A stretch of DNA of 64,000 nt from NCBI GenBank assembly GCA_001179505.1, contig CDMY01000553.1, positions 248,001 through 312,000 on the forward strand, written 5' to 3'. The position numbers and the translations under genes are program-made. The notes below the pieces were generated by a model that worked only from the letters and a program-made list of their open reading frames with translations, was not told the origin of the DNA and did not search any database. This DNA comes from Vitrella brassicaformis CCMP3155. Its lineage: Eukaryota > Protista > Chromerida. Shown piece after piece: positions 10,050-21,836 of this stretch (position 1 is its first letter; each line of letters begins with the position of its first letter).

Positions 10050-13000
10050 TCAGGCCGCCGCCTCGACCCAGCGCGACGGCACATGCTTGGCTGCTGGTGG
10101 ACCACTGCCGTGACGCCACGTCATGCCCGCCACGCCCTGCACTGCACTGCTGCAGCGGACCGCACTCCTGAGGATGTCCGCCCATGTTCAACGGCTCGTG
10201 ANNNNNNNNNNNNNNNNNNNNNNNNNNNNNNNNNNNNNNNNNNNNNNNNNNNNNNNNNNNNNNNNNNNNNNNNNNNNNNNNNNNNNNNNNNNNNNNNNNN
10301 NNNNNNNNNNNNNNNNNNNNNNNNNNNNNNNNNNNNNNNNNNNNNNNNNNNNNNNNNNNNNNNNNNNNNNNNNNNNNNNNNNNNNNNNNNNNNNNNNNNN
10401 NNNNNNNNNNNNNNNNNNNNNNNNNNNNNNNNNNNNNNNNNNNNNNNNNNNNNNNNNNNNNNNNNNNNNNNNNNNNNNNNNNNNNNNNNNNNNNNNNNNN
10501 NTTGTGGGGCATGTAGGGGGACAGGACTGACAGGCCGACGTCGCGCCACAGAAAGTAGATGGGAGGGGGCGGCGGGGGCCGTCAAAGGTGTGGGGGTTAC
10601 CTGGAGAGGGAGGGAGAGGGACAAATGCAACACACACACACAGGTGGGATGGATGCGTCCGCGTGTGTCGGTGTGCTATGCTGACCTGAAGGTGCGTTGC
10701 AGCATGATGGCGCATTGGCCACCCACATTCTCACCACGGTGAAGGACTGCGCTCCGACCCTTCCTGAACACGCAACACATGGCCGACACAACGCATGACA
10801 TGGAAGGCACGGTGTTACTTGGAGTTGTCCATTCCTCGCCCACCCCTACGTACCAGAGCGCACTATTCGCCAGCCACATGTTGCCCATCTTGGCATGCCC
10901 CTCGTCGCTTCCACCCAAGATCATGCCGTCGCTCATCGCTCTTGCTGACATCGGCTGGTCGACCCGCAGGCCTTTCCAGCCATCCATCGTCTACTTCCCT
11001 CTCATGGAGGGGGGCTGCTTGTGCTGTGGGATGCACCGGGTGTCGGTTGGATGCGGCCGATAGAGCGGACAGACACACGCCCGTCATCCCGCTATCAAAT
11101 GCGGTGAATGTCTCGTAGAAGGCAAATAGAATGACCCTCAGCAAGCGCAGATCCAGCAGGTTGAGGGTCTGCACGCGCAGAGTCGGGCAGCTTGGTGCGC
11201 TCGACGAGCTCGAAGGCCTCCGCTGTGGTGCGTGGCTGTCACCTCTTCCTCTGTTGTCGGCGTGTGAGGCTCGTGAAGACTTGTGGCCCTCCTTGTGAGG
11301 CACATGGGGGGGCCAGGAGTGGCGGGCCGGTGTCGCAACAGCTGAGCAGCCGTCGGCGGTGGGCGGCACAAGTGTGGGTGCCCCTGAAGAGACAGGCAGA
11401 TGGACACACACACATGAATGTAGGATGAATGCATCCGCGTGTGTCGGTGAAGTGTGCTGACCTGAATTTGCATGTCAGCTGTGCTGCTGCAGTGGGAGGG
11501 CATTGGCCAACCAGACGCACACCACAATGCAGCGATGCGCACCGACGGGTCCTGACCACGCAACACACGACAGACACAACACACGACAGGCAAGGGTAAG
11601 AACCATGCAGTGAGTGAACGGTGTTGTTTTGAGTTGCCCTCGCCTCGCCCATCCGTACCAGAGTGTCGCAGCACAGCCACAATGCTCCGCGCACTGCACC
11701 TTGCAGAGCCGCAGGTAATTGAGAATGGAGTGTCCACCGCACCCACCCGTCAAATCACATCGCCACTTCTCGTCGCCGTCAAGCAGTGGCTGAACCGACC
11801 ACACGAGAAGCTGGCCGTGCCCTGTTCGGCACCTGCCTCTGTCGGCGTATGCGCCCACGTGTGCATAGCGAGGTAGAGGGCCGGTAAGGTATGTAGTGGG
11901 AGAGATGGAAAGGCGGCATCGCCGGATGGACTGATACCCACCAATATGTACCCCCAAAGAACCTGACGCGATCGGTGGGCTCATCGAAGGCCGATGTATG
12001 GGCATGGACAGCGCCCGGGCGGCCACAATCATCATCAGACGTGGCCATCTCCTCCCATGCTGCCTCGGTCCCGTCCACCCTTAGCCGCCACACGTCGCCC
12101 GGCACCCGCCCGCCGCTTCCAACTCCTCCACTCAGGAAATCCTCGTTCTGGCCGCTGCTGTAGCTGCCGACCTGACACATGACGTGTCGGTCTCGAGCCG
12201 GGGGCGTGGTGGCCGCCAGACGATGACCACTCGGTCGACCGTTTGTGAAGCATGGTGGGTCGACCGTTTGTGAAGGCTGGAGCTGCGATTTGTGTCCATG
12301 TGGGCGTCCGGGTGTCGAGCAGCCACAGGTCATTGAGAGGAGCGGAAGGGGAGGTTCGTCCGCCGACAGGAGAAGCCCATGGGGCGGGCAGGGAACTAGC
12401 GTCACATGCACCCGGGCACACGGACCTGAAAGAGACACAACAAATAAGTGGGCTAAGCTGGCTCTTCCTTGGTCCTCTGCCTTCCTCCTCTGCCGACCTG
12501 CATTGTTTTCAGCTGCCGTGGCGCTTCTCCAATGTGCCTTTCCTCGCGTCATACATCAGCAGACCCCTCGACCTTGCCAACTGCCTTGGACCAAACACAC
12601 ACAGGCCTTGAGGGATCGGCGAAGGCGACAGTCACACGATACAGCTGCAAATGGGAGGCATCATCCAGCCCCTGCGTGAGGATAGCAAGCAGTGCCTGCA
12701 GATGGAAGTGTGTCGTCTCTCTCTCTTTGTGCCTTCCGTCACCTGTTGGCCGATGTGCGTCAAGGTCAAGGGTGGCAGATCCATCCCCTCTTTCCTCTTC
12801 CCACCATCATGCGGCCGCCTCTCTTCAGCCTCACCGACGAGCCCCCTCTCCCCCACTACCCCCCGAAGGGTCGCCAGGAAGCGGTCGATGTGAGCCCTGT
12901 TCTGCGCCACCGTCTTTGGCAATGCCCACAAGGCGACGCAAGGACTTGGTCGTCAAACTAATGGGACGGCGCGTGTAGCCGCAGAGCGCCGCGGACGGCG

Positions 13001-13770
13001 ATGACCTTGCGCTTTGCGAACGAGTTGGCGCCCGACTGCTTAAGGCCGCAATGGTGAGCCATAGAGAGAGATGAGAGGCTGTGGCACTCGATGTGAAGGA
13101 GATCAGCTGATAGTCGTCGGCTGGTGACGCTGGTGGCTGGGACTCGATGTCGTCCTTTGCCGCCTCGCAGAAGGTCTCCCTCCGCTTGATGGCGCACACA
13201 TGGGAGCCGAATCACTCAGTGCCATCGTCGATGGGTCAGCGGCTGACGAAGAGTGCCCGACGCGGGATGGGGCGGCCGGGGGCGTCAAGGGTGTGGATGC
13301 GCCCGGCGGTTTGTTTGGAGGTCTTCTGGGTCTTCGGGTAAGGTGGGTGTGGTGACCGCAAGGCGATGAATCACTCGATCGAACAGCCGCCTGTGCAGCC
13401 TGGCAAACCATGCAGACGCGGAGGGAGGGCATGACACCGACCGCTAGTGGCACTGTGTTGACGTGATGTGTGCATTCTGACCTATAGCTGAGCTGCATCT
13501 TGACGAGATAGTTGTGTACGCCCTGCAGGAAGGAAAGAGAGGGAAGCAGGGGATAGCACATACAAACCCTTGAGTGTTTGTCTGGGTGTGGCATACCCGC
13601 AGGCGCCTTGGGATCGATGTCAGTGACAAGCACAGCTACTCAATTGTTCTGCCAGAATAGACGCACACACGAATTGGTCAGCTGTCGTCATGTGTGTCCC
13701 CTCCTCGGCTCACCAAGCGAAACGTGTGACCTTCGCCCGTGTGTGCCATCTTGGTGTGTGTGTGATGATT
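10050..13770 (-). CDS. Kelch/beta-propeller repeat-containing protein (many exons; spans the gap 10202-10501; ends approximate)
   Basis: Kelch-like motifs in separate exons: GGRTSPSAPLNDLWLLDTRTPTWTQI, LSGGVGSGGRVPGDVWRLRV..AAWEEM, HAHTSAFDEPTDRVRFFGG, GRFSHCLT, LTGGCGGHSILN, MILGGSDEGHAKMGNMW. Confidence 0.6.
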
Positions 13771-14588
13771 GCAAAAGCGAGCAATCGAGGAAAGAAACGC
13801 AAGACGATGCCCCAGCCCTTCATCCCTCAACCCACCCCCTCCCTCCCCCACCCATTCCCACCGAAAGCCAAAGATGCGAGAAACTGACTGAGTGCGGGCC
13901 AAATCGAGAGGTTAACAAAAGCCAAAAGCAGGAGTGCCATTCTCTGTCTCCCCGCCCCTTCTCCCTCACTCACCCAACAAAACAGATGACCTGCCCGTGA
14001 CCTAATCATCATTGCCGGCCCCCATCGCTCAACCCATTCCCTCGAAGCGAGAAACCGAGAAACTGACTGGGGGGCAAGGCAGTTGATCGTCCGAAGCAGA
14101 AGTAGCCGATTCTCACTGTGCCTTCCCCTTCACTCACTCACTGATTGACCTTCAACCTGAGCCTGCTCATCACTGCACCTCAGACAACCACCCCCACGCA
14201 CTCAGGTTCAGGCTGGCCACCACCAGACAGACAGACAGACAGATGGGCGGACGACGGACGACAAGGCAGGCAAACAGACAGGCAGAAAGGCCGCCGTCAA
14301 GAGCTCCTTCCAGCCACATGCAGCGCAGCCACACACAGCTACACACCAAAAATGGGAATGCACAAATCGCACCAGTGCATTGCACTGATTCGGCCCGGTC
14401 AGTCAGTCAAATTAACCACTCAGCCCAGCCCAGCCAATCGACAAGGTACACGTCAGCCTTTCCCCTGCCCTGCCACCCATCCCATCCGCCCATCGATCGG
14501 TCTGAATATCACAAACAGCGGCAGCCCACACTCGACCGACGCAACAGCACCCACACACACCAAGCCCCTCTTCCCCTTCCAGCGCGCC

Positions 14589-17500
14589 TCATCTGGCACA
14601 GCATTTGGAGCGCCGGCCCGCCCTCGCCTCTCTTGCCGGCAGGGGAAGCCAGGCAGGCTGCGGTGGGGGCAGCGGTGGCAGCCAGACCGGCGGCCGCGGA
14701 ACCATTTGCGACGGGACGATATGCCGCGGAAGCAGTGGATGAGGCGGGAAGAACTGGATGTGGCAGGGAGGTGCCCCGATGAGGGGAGGGGGGATGAGGG
14801 GAGGGGGCGGGCTGACGGACACAGGTCGTGCAGCGGCAGGAACAGCAGTGGTGGGACGTGGCCGAGCAGCTGGCGGCATGGCGGGGGGCAGCGTGATGGG
14901 GGGCTCGTCTGGCACTCCCTCAGCCGCGTCTTCGTCATCGTCTGCACCACTCGAAATTGACAGCGAGCCACCTGAACGAACACACACAGAGAGTAAAGGG
15001 GGAACGAGCGGTAATGCATGTGGGTTTATGTGTGCTGCGTGTGCCTGTCCGTCTGTCTGTCTGTGTGTGTGTGTGTGTCGACTGACCTTTCGCTCCGTCC
15101 TGCATCGGTTCAGCCGGTGCTGCTGGCGCGGTAGCCGACACAATAGGCGCCTCCTTGAGCTGCCGGTCCTGTTTGAAGGCAACGGAAGGACACGACCGAT
15201 TGATGCACACCGCAACCAAGGGGCGCCTTTTCATGTTTGTACCTCCTCCTTCAGCTTCTCCATCTCCTGCTTGAGCTGCTCCATCTCCTCCTGGAGTTTT
15301 CTCTGTCCATGGCAGGGAAGGCAAACAGATATACATTCATTTGGTCTGTCTCGCAGACAGGCTCACGTTCTTGATCTTCTCGTCGACCCAGAGGTCCTCG
15401 GTCTTCTCGCGCCACTGTATTTGGAATTTGATTCTGTCTGCATTCACACAGACACAGACAGACGCACAATCGACAATGCGACTGATTGTACACTGATCCC
15501 TTAATGTCCCTTCATAATTACCCTGTAAGTGTGCCCTTTCATGAAGGATGCGCTTGACCTCTTGAACCCTGACGAAATCGTTGGTGTAGCTGTCGAGGCC
15601 TGCGTTCATTCATTCACTCATTCATTTCGCGTCTCCTATGAACGCATGAAAATGCATCCATGGAAACGATATAGCAGCCCTGCAAAAACGAGGCAGGGAC
15701 CAGGGCGGACGTCCGGCACAGAAGGTTTCCCTTGGCTACCCCTGGGTTTCGTAAAAAGGCCAGTTTGTTTTCACCCTGATGGCGCAGGGCCGCCCACCTT
15801 GCATACTCCCCCGGGCCAGGGGAGGTGGTGTGTCAGGTATATGTCATGGGGGTGCGTGTACGCGTCTGTCTTGCGCTCGGTGTTCGTGTTGTGTGTGTAC
15901 AGGTAGGTGTGCCTCTCTGTCTGGCTGTCTCCTTTCCTCCCCCCCCCCGAGTGCTGTCTCAGACGCCAGGTGCCGGGTGGTTGGGCGTCTGAGACATGCA
16001 CTGTTCGGCTTGTCTTACACAGCGCTCACTCATTCCTTCTGTATCACGTGTGTTAGCAAGCATGTATCAGTTCAGCGGTCCATCAACCCATCTCTCGCTC
16101 GGTCAGCCTGTGGGTTAAGAAGCTGAGGGGTGCACGAATGAATGGTGTCTGCCGCATTCTACAGGGTTCGGAACCCTAAGACCTGAGCGAGGCGGGTTTG
16201 TGTAGAACTCGGTTTTGATGCAGCAGGATAGGTGGAGGGCCTCGGCTGCTGCAGCTGCTGGCAGCGCTGCCCAGTCAGCGTCGTCTCCTGCGCGGAAGGG
16301 AGTGTTCGTCAGCCTGTATCGGGAGTTCCCCGACATCACCATGCCCGTGCGGGACTTTAAGGATTATGCCATAGCAAGGCTCAAGGGTACCCACGCACAC
16401 ATACAGCACACACTTCTCCCGTAGAGTGGATGGATGGTGCTGTGTGTCGTGCTGGTCTGATGTATCCGCCTCTGTCAGTGTTGAAGGACATCGAGCGCAT
16501 CTACTGCCTGGACGCCACAGCCCTGGACTTCGGCGGGGATGTCGACATGGGTAGGTACGGTCAGCTGGTGCGGCAGCGGGAGGATAGGGTCATGCGGTCG
16601 CTCTACGAGCATGGTCTGGCCGTCGAGGACCCTAACGGGCCCTTGTCAACAGAGCGGGCCAAGGAGTGTGACGAGCACTCGCACTTCACACTCAGACTGG
16701 TGTAAGGCGGGAGGGAAGGGNNNNNNNNNNNNNNNNNNNNNNNNNNNNNNNNNNNNNNNNNNNNNNNNNNNNNNNNNNNNNNNNNNNNNNNNNNNNNNNN
16801 NNNNNNNNNNNNNNNNNNNNNNNNNNNNNNNNNNNNNNNNNNNNNNNNNNNNNNNNNNNNNNNNNNNNNNNNNNNNNNNNNNNNNNNNNNNNNNNNNNNN
16901 NNNNNNNNNNNNNNNNNNNNNNNNNNNNNNNNNNNNNNNNNNNNNNNNNNNNNNNNNNNNNNNNNNNNNNNNNNNNNNNNNNNNNNNNNNNNNNNNNNNN
17001 NNNNNNNNNNNNNNNNNNNNGGAGCTGTCTATAGTTCGCCAACTCGCTGTGTGGGTGCTGGTATTGTGTGTCATTGTCAGGTTTTGCGAGAGTAGCGAGA
17101 AACAGAACTGGTTTGTTTCGCAGGAGGATCCCTTAATGTCCCTTCATAATTACCCTGTAAGTGTGCCCTTTCATGAAGGATGCGCTTGACCTCTTGAACC
17201 CTGACGAAATCGTTGGTGTAGCTGTCGAGGCCTGCGTCACACAACACACACACATATGTGCTCGTGCAGAACACGCAGCGCAGTCACCCTTACACTGCTT
17301 GATGGTGCGGTACATGTTCTGCCGGTCCTTCATCAGCTCCGTCATGTTGAGCTTGGTGAGGGACACGGTTCCTGAGCAGAGCTCGGGGAGCGGGGGCGGG
17401 TCGCCGCCTGTCCTCTTGCCGAGGAACCAGGTTGGGTCGATGGGCATGGCGGTGACGGGCTTCAGCAGCACACAGCGGCTCTCTCGCCTTTCAGCTTCTC

Positions 17501-17621
17501 TCTTCAGGAGCAGCTCCTTCTCCTCCTCACTTCCGCCTTCTTCTCCCTTTCCCTGCGAGCCTGAAAGCTCGCAGCGACGAGGTGGGATTTCTGCGATTCC
17601 CTGCCAATTCACGGCCGTCAT
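14589..17621 (-). CDS. Family F gene copy 1: uncharacterised coiled-coil + Pro-rich protein, with duplicated exon 2 and an inserted primase fragment in the new intron; start tentative
   Basis: Exons MPIDPTWFLGKRTGG..MTELMKDRQNMYRTIKQCK / GLDSYTNDFVRVQEVKRILHERAHLQG (x2) / IKFQIQWREKTEDLWVDEKIKN / KLQEEMEQLKQEMEKLKEE / DRQLKEAP.. / Pro-rich end RSKCCAR*. Paralogous to exons at 32.7-37.3 kb. Confidence 0.6.
15495..15605. repeat. About 110-bp direct repeat identical to 17127-17237 (family F exon 2 plus donor-side intron start)
   Basis: gatcccttaatgtccc...gaggcctgcgt is base-for-base the same at both positions; flanks diverge immediately. Confidence 0.95.
16218..17126 (+). pseudogene. PRIM2: 5' fragment of DNA primase large subunit gene (three exons), truncated mid-exon at 17126
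   Basis: Spliced product SLYREFPDITMPVRDFKDYAIARLK/VLKDIE...DEHSHFTLRL/VFCESSEKQNWFVSQE matches the eukaryotic PRIM2 N-terminal motifs (FE.LAIDR.K.LK.VE; DHISHFILRLAYC..EELRRWFI.QE). The gap 16721-17020 lies in an intron. The remainder of the gene is absent from the window. Confidence 0.8.
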
Positions 17622-17625
17622 AGGG

Positions 17626-19891
17626 ATGGCGGCAGCGGCCGCGCAACCGGCAATGAACGTTGCTGACTCTCGGCTGCTGGAGAGATTCGATGTGGGGCAC
17701 GTCATCTTCCAGGGCGGGTATGTAGGTGGATGGTGAATGAATGCAGAGAGAGCAACGCACGCGGACGCTGCGATGCACCTGCGTGGTTTGGATGTCTGTA
17801 TGAGCAGGTTTGCTCAGGTGGCCACTGCGACGGACAGGGCGTCGGGCACACGCTGCGCCTGCAAAAAGATCAGCAAAGCACTGCACGAGTGAGCGAGATC
17901 ACAGCGTCTGCTTCCTTCCCTGCTCGCTTGATTCATTTCATTCATTCATTCATTCATTCACTCAGGTCGTTTGTCGGTCAGCGCGCCACCCAGCGGACGC
18001 TGGAGGTCTATGAGATGCTCAAGCTGGCAAATCATCCCAACACCGTCGAGATATACTACGCCTCTGCCGATGCCCAGAGCACCTACGTGGTCATGCCATG
18101 GTTGGAACTACAAAGCCCTCTGTTTGGCGCTTCTCCGTTGACTTGGCTAACGTGCTCTTGCTTTGGTCGCAGGATTCATGGAGAGAACCTACTGCAGTAC
18201 AGCTACACGCGACACCCGCTGCCACGCGAACAGATCGCGACGATCATGGAGGGCGTGTTCGAGGCACTGAAACACCTACACGACAACAACGTGAGCGAAT
18301 GGGGGGCGCATGGGCGACACATCATGGCTCGTGTCAGTGTGCTGTCTTGGTGTGTGCCTGTGTGCTGCAGTTGGTGCACCGTGACATCAAGGAGGACAAT
18401 CTGATTGTCACTCGTGACGCCAGCGGCAACGTGTGTGTGGTTCTCGTCGACTTCGACCTGTGTGTGAGTGTACGCGACGCCGAGCACCTGCGGGAGCCCC
18501 CTGGCCATTTCCCGCATATGGTGGGCGGGCAACGGACGACCACACGTAGCGAGATTCAGTTCATGCCTTGACGTGTTTATCTTCAGGCTCCGGAGACCAT
18601 CGTCGCCTCGCATTTCTCGTCGGCCAGTGACATGTGGGACGCTGGGGTGATCATGTGAGTGACAGATAGACAAACGGAGACGACACCGCACTTTGTTATT
18701 ATCCTTCCTTGGTTGTCGTGTTGGTTGGCTGGGGTGTGTGCTGTGCAGGTATCGGGTGTTGATGAATCGCTTTCCGTTTGAGGTCGCCGGGCTGAGCCGC
18801 GGTGACGCACTGCAGAAGATCGAGAAGGTGATTGATTGAGGCAACGGCACCGCACCGCACCACACACGAACTCTGTGCATCGTCATCTTTACCTGCGTGG
18901 TGCCTCTCTCTCTCAGGGCTACACCATCGACGCACTCATGCAGCAGGACCACGAGGCCTGCGATCTCATCCATCGCCTACTCGCCGAACATCCGTATCAT
19001 CGCATCACTGGTCAGCAGCAGAATGTGCATAACCAACACACATAGTCGCACTCACACCTTCCCCTCCTTGCATGTGTCATCCATCCATCAGCGGACGACG
19101 CGTTACACCGCCCATTTGTGAGTCAGGGCGTGCTCCCCGCTCCCAATCCCGCACCCATGCCACCCAACCCGCCCACCCGTCCCCCCGAGAACCGGCCGAT
19201 CGACGCGTCGGCGCTGGCACGACGTGGCCTGCAGTTGCAGCCAGGAGTGCGGGTCCATTTGCCCCACGGCAACGGTTCATCTGCCGCCCCCCACCCCCCA
19301 CCCGCCCCATCTGCACACATCAGCCATGCTGCTGCCCCCGCACAGAACCGAGGCGTTGGCCGCGACCCCTCACCGCCCGAGCCAGCAAGAATACCGCCCG
19401 AGCAAGAACACCAGCACGAGCAGCAGCCGGGCCCCATCATCGGCGGCCTCCTGGAGGAGGGCACAGGAGGCGAGCGGGTCGGGGGAGAGGGCGGCAGTGG
19501 GAGAGGCGAGGGCGGGGTCGTGGGAAGCCAACAGCAGATGGGCGTTGGTGGAGCGGCTCAGGGGGAGGGGGGCAGTGTGTGCGGTGTTGAGAGGGAGGGG
19601 GAGGAGGAGAAGGAGGAGGTGATCATAAGGCGGGATTGGGAGGGGACGGACGAGGACGACCTGTCGGTGACTGCGGGGATGAGGGTGAAGATCATCTATC
19701 GCGACGGGCGCGGGATGATATACGGAAATATCGTCCAGCAGGACGGCACTGCTGACCCCCGGCCCGAGTCATCCGGATGGTTCCCTGACAGACTCACCCA
19801 CGCTCCCCCGCCCGCACCCGCGGCTGTTGCCGAGAGGGCGGCCCAGCCAGCCGTCAACAGAGCCGATGACGGTGGCTGGGGCAGCACGTGA
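17626..19891 (+). CDS. CAMK-like Ser/Thr protein kinase with Pro-rich linker and C-terminal SH3 domain, about 9 exons
   Basis: GHVIFQGG/FAQV (G-loop), ACKKI, HPNTV, LVHRDIKEDN, LVDFDL, APE, SDMWDAG, DLIHRLL..HRITADDALHRPF. SH3-like RRDWEGTDEDDLSVTAGMRVKI..GMIYG..GWFP at 19619-19790. Confidence 0.85.
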
Positions 19892-20269
19892 GACGTCGGA
19901 TAAGTGGTGGGTGGTGGAGGCCGGCGGCCGTGGGTGTGTTGCGTGTGTGGGTGTGCATCGATCAGTGTGTGTGTCCGTGCGTGAGTGTCGTGTGCTGTGC
20001 ATAGCTGGTGTAGATGGCCCTCTGGGCCGGGTGTGGTGTGTGTGGGGCCCTCTCTGTGTGTGCCTGCATGCCAGACTCAAGATCATGCGGTTCATGAATC
20101 GATGTACAGCCTTCACATTGGACATGGCGTCCGTCAGTGACCGTCTTCCACCACACACAGACCACACGGACATCTGCACACTGCACACCTGCCCTACCAC
20201 CCAATTAGCCCCCATCCATCCATGTGTGTGCTGCGGTGTCTGTCCACTCCACCCACGGTCATCAATCCA

Positions 20270-21772
20270 TCACTCCGTCCTCATGAATGACCCGTACAAG
20301 GTGAACCAGATGATGACCGCAATGAGAAGCGCAACGCATATGTAGAGCAGTATCTCGAACAGCTGGTACAGCCTCCTCCCCAGCGGGTTGCCCTCGTTGA
20401 TGAACTCCTCATACTCCTCCACGCTGGCCTTGCCGCCGTGCCACGCCGTGCGGTACTTGACCACCACGTGCTTCTTCAGGTCCGCCATCACAGGGAGGAA
20501 TATGTCGTTCTTCTTGCCCGCCAGAGACACCTGGAAGTCCTCCATCGACGTGACGCCCACACACTTGACCTTGCCCGTCTTGATCATGGGACCCAGGATG
20601 GCGGCCACAGCCACCAGCCCGGCATTCCTCTCCTTCTTGCCGCCATCCGCAGAGAAGAAGACCTTCTGCAGGTCGTCGATGAAGACGATCGGCCCTCGGT
20701 AGACCACACCGGGCATGACGTGGTCTGTGGCGTCACGGAGGGTCTTGCGGATCTCTTCGGTGAGCTTCAGTCGCATGTGCATCTCTGTGGATGGGTCACG
20801 CTTCATCAGCTGGATCAACACATCGATGTCCGATGCGAAGCGGTCCAGGTCGAAGATGACCACCTGACGACCTGAACACACACACACAGGGAGATGACTA
20901 CACACACACAGAGGAGAAATGCCCGGCTCTGCTAGGCTCTTGCTGCCTACCGTTGAGCTGTTTGTGAGTGGTGCCTGACACCACCCTCTGTGTGATGCTC
21001 TCCATGATCAGTCGGGCCACAAATGCCGACCTCTCGGCGACTTGCTTGGTGCCGGGCGGCGCTTGTGGAACCAGCAGCGGCACCCTCTTGCTGCACACAC
21101 ACATCCACACACACATCCACATCCACGTCAGCCGTTCCCTCTTGCTGCCGCTGCAGTGTGTGTGTGTGTGTGTGTGTGCGTGTGTGTGTGTGTCCGTACG
21201 TCTTGCAGAGTGTGTTGACGACCTTCTGGACCTCCTCCTCCCTGCCCTTGAGCAGCCGTCGTTTGTGGTCCCACTCCTTCATCTCGTCGCGGGTGAGGCA
21301 GGTGGGGTACCTCGCGATGGCCCAGATCGTGATGTCCGTGCAGTAGTTCCAAAACGCCAAAGGCGACCGCTCCGGCGGCTCGGGGGCAGGAACCACCTGC
21401 ACACACACGCACACATACGGAGATCAACAAGAGAGCAGGTGCGACGTGACTGCAAGAAGGCATCACTGCATGCCGTCTGCCTCTGTATCTCACCTCCGTG
21501 CCGTCTTCTCCCCTGCTGAGCGCGTCATCTCGACTCTTTGCGAGTGCATCTTGCTTGATGATCTTCAAGCTCCTGCCATCGCCCTGCACCAGACCGGCAT
21601 CTGCTGGAGAGTGCCTCAAGGATGGCGGCAGAGGGCTCTCGGAAGGCTTCTTGCCTTGCGTCGTGGACGAGAAAGGCCGCACTGGGCTCAGAGTGATGGC
21701 TGGCGGGCAGGGGAGGGGAAGAATGAAGGCCGACCGAGTGCAGGCACGGACCAGAGGCATCCGCATCGCCAT
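20270..21772 (-). CDS. Protein with mitochondrial-type presequence, degenerate ClpA/ClpB NBD1-like AAA+ domain and C-terminal transmembrane helix (4 exons)
   Basis: LLKGREEEVQKVVNTLCKT/KRVPLLVPQAPPGTKQ parallels ClpB GREEEIRR.IQVL.RRTKNNPVLIGEPGVGKT. IVFIDDLQ parallels Walker B ILFIDELH. ILGPMIKTGKVKCVGVTSMEDF parallels LKPALARGEL.CIGATT.DEY. Ends ILLYICVALLIAVIIWFTLYG. N-terminus is R/S-rich and lacks acidic residues. Confidence 0.7.
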
Positions 21773-21836
21773 TTTTGCGCGCGACTTCCCTGCGAGCTAG
21801 CCCGCCCGGAGAAGAGGTAAATGTCGGAGCGAGGAG
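21773..21836. promoter_or_regulatory. 64-bp spacer between divergent start codons (putative bidirectional promoter or overlapping 5' UTRs)
   Basis: The minus-strand ATG at 21772 and plus-strand ATG at 21837 both begin well-supported ORFs. Confidence 0.45.

Noticed and set aside
15836-15962. Back-to-back plus-strand intron-like segments with AG|GTAG|GT (possible micro-exon or recursive splice site)
   Set aside because: Cannot be assigned to a coding frame; may be UTR introns of the captured primase fragment. No transcript evidence.
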